A program made the translations under genes and the position numbers. From Ranitomeya imitator (Eukaryota), in NCBI RefSeq assembly GCF_032444005.1, contig NC_091282.1:305164001-305228000 (forward strand): a stretch of DNA of 64,000 bases, in the 5' to 3' direction. This document shows, piece after piece, positions 1 to 11,620 of the stretch. Position 1 is the first letter of the stretch. Every line of letters begins with the position of its first letter. Under the pieces are notes generated by a model. It worked only from the letters and a program-made list of their open reading frames with translations. It was not told the DNA's origin and did no database searches.

Positions 1-212
1 AGTTTGAAAATTGCAAAATTTGACAAATTTCAGGTTGTTGTTTTTTTTCACAAACAAGTCATATCAAACAAATTTTACCACCTGCAAAGTGCAATATGTC
101 ACAAAAAAATCAATCTGAAAAACAGTGTGCTCTATTGAATCATTCCAGAGTTATTACCACATAAAGTGACACTGGTCAAAATGGTAAAATTTAGCCTGAA
201 CATGAAAGGTGA
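1..212. mobile_element. Right-end fragment of the piggyBac-like family seen at 37840-38076
   Basis: Shared blocks GAAAATTGC.AAATTT and GAGTTATTACC.CAT.AAG.GACACTGGTCA. Confidence 0.65.
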
Positions 213-1114
213 TGGGAGGGTGGATTGAAGGGGATAAATAGGTTTATTCTTTTAAATTTCTTTATTTTCATACTGGCAAAAGGGAAGGGTTTTAAACTTA
301 GGTTTTTTTTTTGTTTAGAACCGATTTACTTTTTACCCATTTTCTTTTAGTCCCCCTTCAAACTCCCTTATAGGACTTAAACCTGTGCATATACAAAGCA
401 TGTTAAAATGAAGACAAGAATACTTGACTGTATCGTAAAAATTAACTTTATTCCCAGTGAATTTTAAAATCTCAGAAAATTGAGGAATCAACACCCTTTA
501 ACGCCAAAGCACAGAGAATATCTACAGACTGCATGGCATCTTCCATTGGAGTAGATCTCGGAGCATGCATTTTGGACAAACGAAAACCAATTTGCTCTTT
601 ATCCAGAGTCTTTTGCCCCCTGATCCACCACTTCTTATCACCTTGCAGGGTATATCATGCGCTGCAGCACATCTTGCCCAGAAATCTGACGTTTTGCTGC
701 CATGTATTTGCCAGTATGAGGCAATGCTTTCAATGTCCTGAGGTGCCTTTTTAATTTCCCGTTCTTCACCATTTTCTTTTTCACATTTAGGTATGTGGTT
801 TCTTACACATATTATTCTGATTTGCATATGTTCAGTATTCTTACCATTCCCCCTCCAAATAATTATAACGGTGCTTCTCTCACACCTCTATTTATGCCAT
901 CTGTGACGCTACTTCATAGCCATTAATACTTTTATTCTCTTTTATCTAGCCGCCCTTTCTCTTGTAATCTAAAAGGGCAGAGACCAGAGAATAGCACATC
1001 AGAGGCCACAGAAGGACACAGGGCAAAGTTCAGGGTAAGATATCACGGGGATAGGGTTGATATCCGTGAATGGCGCGCAGTCCTCATTGCCATCCATATT
1101 GTAATTAGTGATAA

Positions 1115-1212
1115 TCAAGCGATCAACAGCCAAAACATTATGACCAAGGCAACAAAGAGGAAAAGACGAGACAGGAACTGCTCATCCACATACTGAGGGG
1201 TTCCGGGGACAG
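1115..1212 (-). CDS. RNF185: RNF185 last coding exon ([32 protein letters not shown])
   Basis: Acceptor ttttacag|, TGA at 1117-1115; 98 nt. Confidence 0.96.
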
Positions 1213-4200
1213 CTGTAAAATAGGTTAAAAGAAAGAATACAGTATAAGAAATCTTCTGCAGAAATTTGTCTAAAACTAAAATAAAAGTAGACACACAAAA
1301 TAGCCTCAAGTTGCTAAAAAAAACAAAAACAAAAAACGTTGTCTATTTTAACCTAAGCAATCATTCTTCAGTTGCAAAAATGTATTTTTTAGTAGATCGT
1401 CACAGTTTGGAAAGAAACATTTACAATTTTCATGTGACAGTCCCTAATCCACACTGGATAGTTTTTGCAATAATGGTTTTTCTTCCGTCTAGTGTCACTG
1501 AACATGTAGGGGCCAGTTACAGCAAACGCAACGGTTAGTAAGGCGTAGCGTACAGATGCGTCAGTGCAACAATTGTGCTTGCATTGGTTTCTTTACCATG
1601 GAGCTACTTGTATCTCATGTATATGGCCACCTTCAGGTGTAATCTCATAAAAATTCCAATCTGCATCATTGAATCATGCAGATGGAGCCATATAAAGATG
1701 CCGATTTTGGCGGGATCAGAGGTCAAGCGTACGGGTATGGTGGCTTCCCCACTCCACCCATTAGATGATGTCAGGGGGAAAGGAGGATTGGATTGAACTT
1801 CAAGGCCTGATTTTTTTTTTCTTTTTAACGTTGTTAAGAGCATCTTTCACCTCTCTCCCTGTTGAAAACACACGAACGCACCAAATGCGTGCACATGTGT
1901 ATGGTGAAATCGGGAGAGATTGCCGTCTGCCAAGCGAACATTCAGTAGACAGCCTTCTCATTTATGGCCAGCTTAAAGAATGGTAAAATCTTTATAAAGT
2001 TAGAAAACAAAAGTTGAAAACCTTTTTCTTTCTTCTTTTATAGGTATATTTTTGGATAAGGTGTCTTTTTTGGGCTCCCTATAAATTTCTGACGTCTTCC
2101 GCTAGGAAAACCACGCAAACTAAATGAAGGCCACTTCTTTGAACCGCTGCCTGTATTTTGACATCTGGAGTGGTTACAGATCGAACATGTCCACACCTAT
2201 GTCAAAATGACATGCTGTTCATATAGTCAGCCTTTTAATCATATTTCTGAGTATTTTTAGGGCACTTTCTCAGGTGGGTTTCAGAGCTAAGGATAAGGTT
2301 TTTAAAACTTGTGAAACACTGCATTACAGGCAGATGCCAGATTATGAGTTTCTATTGGCATTTTTTCATTTTGCAACATTTTGTTCATGAGTGTTTTTTT
2401 ATTTTTAGTGGTTTAAAGTCCCATAAAAACGTCTATTGAAGGAGAAAGAAAAACAAAAACCAGATGTAAGGCATCCGGTATTAAAAAAAAAAAAAAAAAA
2501 AAAACAGACATACATACATTGAAAATGGCAGGAGAAATCGCCAAGATTGGCTTGTAAGTACTTGCACAGTTGTCAAAGACCTCTTCTGACAATTACAATT
2601 TTCTGCATATTGTTACAGTAAAGTAGTTACAGGTGGTAGAGAGATCTACAATTATCCCAATAACTTTCAATGTGGGATATAAGGCTGCAGTCACACTAGC
2701 AGTATTTGGTCAGTATTTTACGTCAGTATTTGTAAGCCAAAACCAGGAGTGGGTGATAAATAGAGGAAAAGTATAATAGAAACATGTGCACCACTTCTGT
2801 ATTTATCACCCACTCCTGGATTTGGCTTACAAATACTGACGTAAAATACTGACCAAATACTGCTAGTGTGACTGCAGCCTAAAACGGAGTATGCTGCTAA
2901 AAAGCAAAAATTATTATTATTAATAATAATCATCAGAAGAATACCTGGTGGAGGACGACCATCATTAATGTTAAATGCTGTAGCAAACATTCCAAATGGA
3001 AACGCTCCAATGCCAAAGGACATCTGAAAGCCTCCGTCTCCAAAACCAAATCCTTGGAAACCCTGGAAAAAAAAATAAAATCAAAATCAATAAATACTGA
3101 AGTTGAATGATCTTTACATTGTATAGGTTTTACAAGCAATCCTATGAATAGATAATACATGTCTTTCGAGGGGAAACCTCTTATAAGATTAAAAATGAAA
3201 TCTACAAACTTTGGGACTTTGTGTACTGACCATCAATGAATCCTTGTGTCTGGTAAGTGCTTAAAGGGACACTGTCACCTGGATTTGGAGGGAACAATCT
3301 TCAGCCATGGAGGCGGGGGTTTGGGGTTTTTGATTCACCCTTTCCTTACCCGCTGGCTGCAATATTGGATTGAAGTTCATTCTCTGTCCTCCGTAGTACA
3401 CGCCTGCACAAGGTAATCTTGCCTTGTGCAGGCGTGTACTATGGAGGACAGAGAATGAACTTCAATCCAATATTGCAGCCAGCATGCAGCCAGCGGGTAA
3501 GGAAAGGGTGAATCAAAAACCCCAAAACCCTGTCTCCATGGCTGAAGATTGTTCCCTCCAAATCCAGGTGACAGTGTCCCTTTAAGTGTAATTTTTTCTA
3601 AACTAGCAGAGCAGCAGCATTGTGTCAAGTATGTCACCAATTCCTTTAGTGCCCTGGCAATGATGATGGGTGACAAAGAGCTCCTGCATCACCTGTACTT
3701 AACTAATGACAGAGAAAGTCCACACAATAGACATTGATGAGAAGCTGGTAATTTTCCAGCTGCTATTAGTGGAGAAGAGCACAAAGTGGCTACATGTTTA
3801 CTACTACATACCAAGAGGAGTATTATGTGCACTTATATAGCGCCAATACATTCCACAGCGCTTTACAGACATCATCATCACTGTCCCCATTGGGGCTCAC
3901 AATCTAGATTCCCTATCAGTATGTCTTTGGAGTGTGGGAGGAAACAGGAGAACCTGGAGGAAACCCACGCAAGCACGGGGAGAACATACTAACTCCTTGC
4001 AGATATTGTCTTTGCTGGATTTTAATCCAGGACCCCAGCGCTGCAAGGCTGCAGTGCCAGTCATCTAATCTCATCTTCAATGCAACTAATTTTTTGTGTA
4101 TAAAAATTCATTATTTCTGAAACTATTTTTATACAATTCCAACCATCATTAAATATTTGCACATACATTCATGCTCATACATAAGTGCAGCACCTGAAAT

Positions 4201-7200
4201 GGCGCACAAATATATGACAGCGACATTCTCTAAGAGCAATGGTTCACTTTTGTCCGTAAAGTGGAATGATGCAATGTGACAAAGTGGCCATCTTCTCCAC
4301 TGTAACAGCAGCAGGTGATAGAGGACACCAAGGCCTAAAAGATGCCTCATTCGCACCTTGCCACGCTGGTACAAGTCACAAAAGCCGCCAACGCTGTGGT
4401 TTACATCGCAACAAAACCATCATTGGCTCATGAAGAGCAGGAAATGGCCAATCACAGGTTTAGAAGCATGAAATGAATGCCAGGAAGCGCTCTGCGCCCT
4501 GTGTCATCTTGTTATTGTTAATTAGTTTTTCTCGTGGGAAGCTCGTTATGCGTTAACTAACAATTCCCAGGAAGCAATACAGAATTACAGATGAGAAGCA
4601 ATGGTTTCATCATGTGACACCCGCCGTACAACCCTTCACCCTACACTCACCCCTCTGTTCTCCGGTTCTGGTCGCTGCCCTTGAGGCCGTGGAGGAGTTT
4701 TTTCCCTAATGGAAAGATTATTGTATAGGATTAGCTCTTATGTAACACCGAGAAATAAAGAATGGTGAGCTTACACAGAAATACAGCAAAGGTTACGCAC
4801 CGTGGGTCTTCTTGCCCCGTGCTTCCTCTTCCATACAAAGGTATTACTTTATCACGGCTAATTCCAGCTTTGCACACAGGACACACCTGACGATTGGGTC
4901 GTGTTTCTAACCACTGAAGACAAGGAGAAAAAAATAAAATCAATTCATGATTTGTCTGTAACTATTATGACTTACGCAAGAAGAAATACTAAAGGCTCAC
5001 GTGTTCGTGTCATTATGGGGGCAGAATTGGAATTCTAAGAAATATAATGGAATTGTTACTACAAGTGAAATATATGTGGTGCCATAAGTCAAGACTATAC
5101 ACGAGGTTTTTCGCCCCAAAGTAATGAAGTTGTCCACATCTAGGGAATTTTCTTAAAAAAATTTAAATGTATGTATTTGGGGCTAAAAAAATTTTTTTTT
5201 TTAAGAAAGCTAAAAAAAAAAGAAGGACAGACAATACTTAAACTTTTCAGTTTAGACCCAAGGAATGAGCTCGCTGAAGGATTCTCAGTGAACCCATTTT
5301 GCAGCCCACAATAGAAGACATTGCTTAAATGAAATTGTCAATGAATGCCATTCACAGAATACATACATACAATAGTACACCACTTACTTGATGCAAACAT
5401 GGCCAGCTAGAGGAGACATAAAAAGATGAAAATGTTATATAACCAACAATCTTTTTCACTATAAGTCATATCAGACAGTGAAATACCAGTAAGATAAAGA
5501 CTAAAGAATTGTAAACTAACAGCCCCGAATGATTATTGCATTTGTGCCTTTTTTCTGGTCTAGTATTTGGTATTTTTAGTCTGTTTTTGATTTATGCTAA
5601 ATTCTTTAATTGCCGCTTTATTAGGTCAATGCACAACTAAATATATAACAGAGAAAGCAATACTACATTGCACTGCTGGAGATATTATGGTGGTTCTGCA
5701 CACCCCGTATAAAATGAATATTCACCCATGTAAAACATTCTGAAAGATCTCTGTGCTACTTGTACGTCAATGACAACTGCTTAAAATGCAATGCCCTACA
5801 TCGAGGACTCACAATTTTCACGGGAACAACACCGGCACAGGAGGCGAGTATAAGCGATTTTATTTTCATGGGGGCTAGCATGCAGATTGAGAAGAGGATG
5901 CCTTGGTAGTGGAAACCCCTTTAATCTATGTTTAAAGGCGCAGTCAGACGGCCATAATACTTGTACTACAATCGCATCACAATCCTCGGACGGCCGTCGG
6001 CTCTCCTAACCTGGACAGCTGCATAGGAATACATACTGTCACACTCGGTTTAGGAGAGGCGACGGACAGTCCAAGGATTGCGATGCGATTGTTGCACGAG
6101 TAATACGGCCGTCTGACTGCGCCTTTATACTGAGAACTATTATCAACCATGTATGTAGATCTTAGCCTGTATACTGTCATCTCTGGTGTTAAAGACATCT
6201 TGGTATTTGCCCTTGGTGCAGGGCATTGCCTTATAAGCAATTGTTATAGACATACAAATTGCGCAGAGATTTTCCTGTATGTTTTATATTGGCGAATATT
6301 CTACTACTACGTGGTGTGCAGAGCCGTATAATACCTCCAGCAGCTAGCAGTACTGCTTTCTCTACATTATTTAAAGGGAACCTGTCACCCCCAAAATCGA
6401 TGGTGAGGTAAGCTCACGTCATCAGGGGCTTGTCTACAGCATTCTGTAATGCTGTAGATAAGCCCCCGATGTAACCTGAAAGAGGAGAAAAAGAGATTAG
6501 ATTATACTCACCCAGGGGCGGTCCCGCTGCGGTCTGGTCAAATGGGTGTCTCAGATCCGCTCCGGCGCCTCCTATCTTCATTCCATGACGTCCTCTTCTG
6601 GTCTTCACGCCGCGGCTCCAGCGCAGGCGTACTTTGTCTGCCCTGTTGAGGGCAGAGCAAAGTACTGCAGTGCGCAGGCGCCGGAGCCGCGGCGAAGACC
6701 AGAAGAGGACGTCATGGAATGAAGATGGGAGGCGCTGTTGCAGACCTGAGACACCCATCGGATCGGACCGCCCCTGGGTGAGTATAATCTAACGTTTTTT
6801 TCTCCTCTTTCAGGTTACATCGGGGGCTTATCTACAGCATTACAGAATGCTGTAGATAAGCCCATGATGACGGTGAGCTTACCTCACCATCGATTTTGGG
6901 GGTGACCGGTTCCCTTTAAGGGTGCCGATGTAATTACTATACCAATTGACTACATTTTATGAGTTCGCTTATTTTTGCTTTCCGCACGATTCATCAATTA
7001 CGACTTTTTAAAGAGTTGACCAATGTTTGCACAAACGCGCTCTAGTCCCCCATAGAGTGATTATATGCATGTCTGGAACTCCCCTCTTCCCCTGTAAAGT
7101 TTGCAACATTTTTGAAGAACATGTGACTTTTTGAGCTAAAGGATCACAATAAAAGTTTAAAGATAAAAATAAGGGGTTTGTTGATTTTTGTGAAAAATTA

Positions 7201-7491
7201 ATGAACCGGGTGCTCCATCTTGATGGCAACGTATACCACAAGACGAAAAAAAAAGTGGCTTAAACCCTGCAAATGATGAATCAGGACCTAAGTGTATAAC
7301 CAGCCTGTAAAGTCCACTTACCAGAAGAGGTGGCCACATAAGCTAATCACTGCATCCTTGGCGGTGTCTAGGCAAATGTTGCACTCAAACGTACTGTCCT
7401 GGCTGCTCCCCTCGCCATTGCTACTTCCACTTGCTCCACCAGGGCCTGAATTCTCCGCAGATGCAGAGGCGGCTGGACCTGCACTTGCCAT
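1115..7491 (-). CDS. RNF185: E3 ubiquitin ligase RNF185, complete CDS: join(7491..7322,5406..5388,4913..4801,4705..4651,3062..2945,1212..1115), 573 nt, 190 aa
   Basis: Spliced translation [11 protein letters not shown]...[44 protein letters not shown]...[20 protein letters not shown] has the C3HC4 RING and C-terminal TM segments of vertebrate RNF185; all junctions GT-AG and in phase. Confidence 0.97.
2683..2879. mobile_element. PIF/Harbinger-type MITE
   Basis: Near-perfect palindrome GGCTGCAGTCACACTAGC..., TAA TSD. Confidence 0.9.
2945..3062 (-). CDS. RNF185: RNF185 coding exon 5 ([39 protein letters not shown])
   Basis: 118 nt, ccag| acceptor after a polypyrimidine tract, |gtat donor. Confidence 0.96.
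3265..3581. mobile_element. T2/Kolobok-type MITE
   Basis: TTAA TSD, AGGGACACTGTCACC TIR, palindromic. Confidence 0.9.
3821..4060 (-). mobile_element. V-SINE-like element, 5' truncated
   Basis: V-domain-like core GGAGTT.GTATGTTCTCCCCGTG...GGGTTTCCTCC and the shared LINE-type tail. Confidence 0.85.
4651..4705 (-). CDS. RNF185: RNF185 coding exon 4 ([18 protein letters not shown])
   Basis: 55 nt, ttag| acceptor, |gtgagt donor. Confidence 0.96.
4801..4913 (-). CDS. RNF185: RNF185 coding exon 3 ([38 protein letters not shown])
   Basis: 113 nt, ttcag| acceptor, |gtgcgt donor. Confidence 0.96.
5388..5406 (-). CDS. RNF185: RNF185 19-nt microexon (C-WPCLHQ)
   Basis: ctag|CTGGCCATGTTTGCATCAA|gtaagt supplies the missing RING residues in the correct phase. 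Confidence 0.94.
5937..6123. mobile_element. PIF/Harbinger-type MITE
   Basis: TIR GGCGCAGTCAGACGGCC; TSD ambiguous. Confidence 0.75.
6375..6915. mobile_element. T2/Kolobok-type MITE
   Basis: TTAA TSD, AGGGAACCTGTCACC TIR, palindromic. Confidence 0.92.
7322..7491 (-). CDS. RNF185: RNF185 first coding exon
   Basis: ATG at 7491 just after an acceptor (tag|G ATG), ends ...CACCTCTTCTG|gtaagt; implies a non-coding exon further upstream. Confidence 0.96.
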
Positions 7492-8331
7492 CCTACCCAG
7501 GGGGCACCACAGGAATATGAGCACTAATCCAAGACAATGGACCTACCAGACACAAGAAAATCATGAAGGCATCTATACATGCATGAGAAGGTCAGGCCAA
7601 TCTCAAAAGCCAGGCAAACTTACCAAATCTGTTGATCTGCTCTGATAGAACTTGCAGCGAGGAATCACAGTCACTCAGTGATGGGTGAAGACCAGAATAA
7701 GCTCTGTGTATGTGTGTTGCTTTTTCAATCTGTTACATCATGTCCCCATAGAATAAACTGATGACAAGAGAAAAAAAAAAAAGCTTGGAGTGACGCACAA
7801 CAGTGAAAGTAGCCAAAATGGTTCTGGAGAAAGGAAAAGGAAGAATAACAGAGAGGGGAGGGGTAAAATAGACAGTAATTAAAGCAGTGAAATCGGAGAA
7901 TGCTATAGAGATCTGCAATAAACCCTCTCACCTGTCTGGGCCGTCCCTCTGTGTGCACAGGTAGCCCAGCTAATCCCGTCCTCAGGGACCACCTGCACAG
8001 CTGTCACGTCATGTCACAGACAGCTATAGGAAGCCAGGGACTGGCACAACGGTTAGCGAGACTAGTCTGGCAAGTGAAATTACAGAACAAACCAAGGCAG
8101 TCAAACACCGGCCTGGAAGAAAACCTGCAGGGCTTGTATAGGTCACAGACTGAGGATTACCTGCTGTAACAATTCTAAAAAGATTGAAGGACCCACATCA
8201 AAATAGGGCCAACCTCTTAAAACAACCCCTGCGCTCACCCCACAAGACTGGACGCGGTGACGCAAGTGCTGAGGTCTGCAGTCCGGTGACAACCTGTGCG
8301 CGTCTAGAACAAGAAGCTGTCCTGACGTTAA

Positions 8332-8947
8332 AGGGAACCTGTTACCCCCCCACGGAATGCTGTTAAGCTGTATGGCATAAACCAGTCTCACCTGTATTTC
8401 TCATAGCTGCGGTGTAGATATTAAAAGTGCATTACCCAACCTTTTAGGTTAATGATTTCTTCCAGGCTCCGGGGCGTGCGGTGGAAGAAATCTTGGCCTC
8501 CTGTCTTCATTACAATGCCACCCCCTCCCACCAGCATCACGCTGACCTGTGACGTGCAGTTGTGGCGCCATAATCCCGCGCATGTGCCATGCACTCGCAC
8601 GGTTAGGGTTACCTTACACACCCTTCTAATGGTAGTGTCTTCATCCTGTTTCTGCGCAGGCGAGTCACTGCTGCTGCGCGGAATTATGGCACCGCAACTG
8701 CACGTCACAGGTCAGTGTGAGATCCATGGGAGGGGGTGGTATTGTAATGAAGACAGGAATGTATTCCAGGCACTGCACGCCCCGGAGCCTGGAAGAAATC
8801 ATTAACATAAAAGATTAAAAGTGCATTTCTCAACATCTAGACCATAGCTGTGAGGCATACAGGTAAGACTAGTTTAACCATTCTATTACCTGTATGCTTA
8901 AAAGCATCCCGGGGGGGGGGGGGGGGTGCTTGGGCGACAGACTCCCT
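8332..8947. mobile_element. T2/Kolobok-type MITE, diverged
   Basis: TTAA|AGGGAACCTG start, GACAGACTCCCT end. Confidence 0.6.
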
Positions 8948-8951
8948 CTAA

Positions 8952-10306
8952 CCCCTTTCCAACATTGAGTGTAATAGTACACCCACGTCGGACTCGCCCT
9001 TTTGGTGCGGGCTCTGGCGTTGAGCCCGCATCTTTCCAGGCACATGACAGCTGATCTGTACAACTGAAATGTGCCCGCAACAGACGCGGGTGGAATCGCC
9101 ATCCACCCGAGGCTGTTATCTAGTTAAATGCCGCTGTCAATCTCTGACAGCGGCATTTAACTCATGCTTACTGGAAGTGTGTTGTTAATCCTACCCATTG
9201 GTGACCCTGTCACATGATCGCGGATCACCGATGACCGATGGGTCGGCATGACAACCAGAGGTCTGAAGCAGACCTCTAAGGTTGTCATTGCCGGATTGCC
9301 ATGAGTGCCGCCCCATGTTAGCAAGTGAGCATTTCTGCTACACACAGGGGATCTGATCATCAACTGTGTGTAGCAGAGGCGATCAGGCAACTGCAGCTTC
9401 TAGTCTTCCAAAAAGTAAACAAAACAAAAAAAAAAATTAACATAAAAATATATATTATATATAAAAAGTTCAAATCACCCCCCTTTCTCCCCATTCAAAA
9501 TAAAACAATAAAAAAAAAAATCAAGTATACACATATTTGGTATCGTCGTGTTCACAATCGCCTGATCTATCAATCTAAAAAAAAGAATTAACCGGATCGC
9601 TAAACGGCGCAACGAGAAAAAAATTCAAAACGCCAGAATTTTTTGGGTTGCTGCCACATTGCAATAAAATCCAATAACGGATGATCAAAAGATTGCATCA
9701 ACACCAAATTATGATACAACACACTTTATTGATCCTGGGGGAAATTACTGAGATCAGTGGCATACCATGAGAAAATGGTATCAATAAAAACATCAGCTTG
9801 GCACACAAAAAATAAGCCCTCACCCAATCCGAGATCATGAAAAATGGAGACGCTACGTGTATCTGAAAATGGCGTGGTTTTTTTTTTTTTGGGGGGGGGG
9901 GGGGGCGGGGGGGTTAACAAAGTTTGGAATTTTTTTTTCACCACTTAAGACAAAAAAGAACCTAGACATGTTTGGGATCTATGAACTCGTAATGACCTGG
10001 AGAATCGTAATGGCAGCTCAGTTTTAGCATTTAGGGAACATGGTAAAAAAAAAAAAAAACCAAGAGAAAAACTGGAATTGCACTTTTTTTTTTTACATCT
10101 TCACCACACTTGTATTTTTTTTTCCTGTTTTCCAGTACACGATATGGTAAAACCAACGGTGTTATTCAAAAGTACAACTCGTCCCGCAAAAAACAAGCCG
10201 TCCCATGGCCATACTGATGGAGAAATAAAAAAAAGTTATGGCTCTGGGAAGGAGGGGAGCGAAAAAAGAAATTCAAAAACTGATATATCCCTGGTCGTTA
10301 AGGAGG
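8952..10306. mobile_element. piggyBac-like non-autonomous element, diverged
   Basis: TAA|CCCCTTTCC start, GGTCGTTAAGGAG degenerate end; A/T-run-rich interior like the other TTAA-CCCC elements. Confidence 0.5.
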
Positions 10307-10799
10307 TTTTCCAGCCAAAATATGTACCACATAGCCACGGAGAAGTGGATGACTGACAGATCACTGGGGTCGGATGGAAACAGCTAAGAATTTCACATTG
10401 CCAACTATGAGCGGGGTCTTCTCTAAGGCCTCATTCACACGTCCGTCCGTGTACGTCTGATATCAGTTCCTTTCCACGGATAGCACAGGTGCCCATTATA
10501 ACCTATGGTGTCCATTTTTTCTGGATGACAAGTCTATGGGTCAGTGAAAAGCATGTGTAGCATCAGTGCACAGTAGAAGAGAAGCTCTGTACTTTATTTA
10601 TCCACACCAGGAAAACACGGATGGTAAAAATGGAAGCACGGATGACACTGGTAGCGGTTTTTCGCGCCCGTGTTTTATACAGACGGAGGCTTACTGGGTA
10701 GCAAGCGCTGCTGAGATAAGGGCCAGGCTCACTAGGCCATGGATGGCCTCTCCATAGGACATTTCATCAATATCAGATTGGTGGGGGCCCAACGCTCAG

Positions 10800-11620
10800 C
10801 CCCCACCACCAGGTAATACGGTCACATGTCGTACCCGCCGTAACCCCAGCAGCGTGGCCCTGCAGGTTACTGGGTGTGCACAGGCCCCTACACACAGGAC
10901 TTCTGCGCCACCGTCCTCCTCCATAGAAGGCGATGGATAATCCGTACGGTTACAGGTGTGGGAGGGAAGGGGCGCGACACTGGGACTCCAGGGCTCAAGC
11001 AGCCAACATTTACCTACAGACAGCTGCCACTAAACGACCCTGGGGGCTGTGCTGGGACTTGTAGTTCTACAGAGGGAGAGAGGCTGGCACAGCCCCAGGG
11101 TCTGACTGTACACTGGTGAGGGAAACAACGGCTCCTACTAAGCCGATTAGCGCAGGCTCTCGGCATTCCCAGCCATGGCCGTGCCACTGTGACCCCATAT
11201 GGAGGCGAGGGCACGGTGCCCACTACCAGGAGGCCATGGGCACGGTGCACACCACTAAATCTCACTTTGTTTGCAGACATATGTCGGACAAGGAAGTCTC
11301 TCAGCGCTCACCTCCAATAAGCCGAGGTCCACCATCACCAAGCGTCAGCTGTAGGCCGGCCCTTGTACGTCACTGCCGGCTCACCGAGGCCTGCGAGAGA
11401 CTACAGCGACCGAGATGCTGTGCGGCCACGGCACGTGATGCAAGATGGCGGCGCCCAGGAGCTCCTCGCAGGAGGCGGATTCAGACAGCAGTGCTGAGGA
11501 CCTGGAGCGGTTCCGTGAGGCGGCCTGGGAACCTCCCGGTGAGAGGCCGCTGTATATAGTCCGTGCTGCTCCGCAGCCTACAGACTGTGTAAACTGCAGA
11601 GTCGTGCAAACCTGGAGATC
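10800..11620. promoter_or_regulatory. CpG-rich bidirectional promoter of RNF185 and CUSTOS with a ZNF143/THAP11-type motif (11053-11065), E-box (11432-11437) and YY1-type AAGATGGCGGC at the CUSTOS start
   Basis: GC/CpG-rich island between divergent genes; - strand ACTACAAGTCCCA matches ACTAYRNNNCCCR; CACGTG present. TSSs not directly visible. Confidence 0.7.
11445..11538 (+). CDS. C12orf43: CUSTOS exon 1
   Basis: caagATGGCG start, ends CCTCCCG|gtgaga; 94 nt. Confidence 0.93.

Noticed and set aside
522-827. 101-aa ORF downstream of RNF185
   Set aside because: No recognisable homology or splice context; probably 3' UTR or intergenic.
1826-1862. RASFTSLP resembling CUSTOS exon 5
   Set aside because: Chance match; the real exon is 21777-21867.
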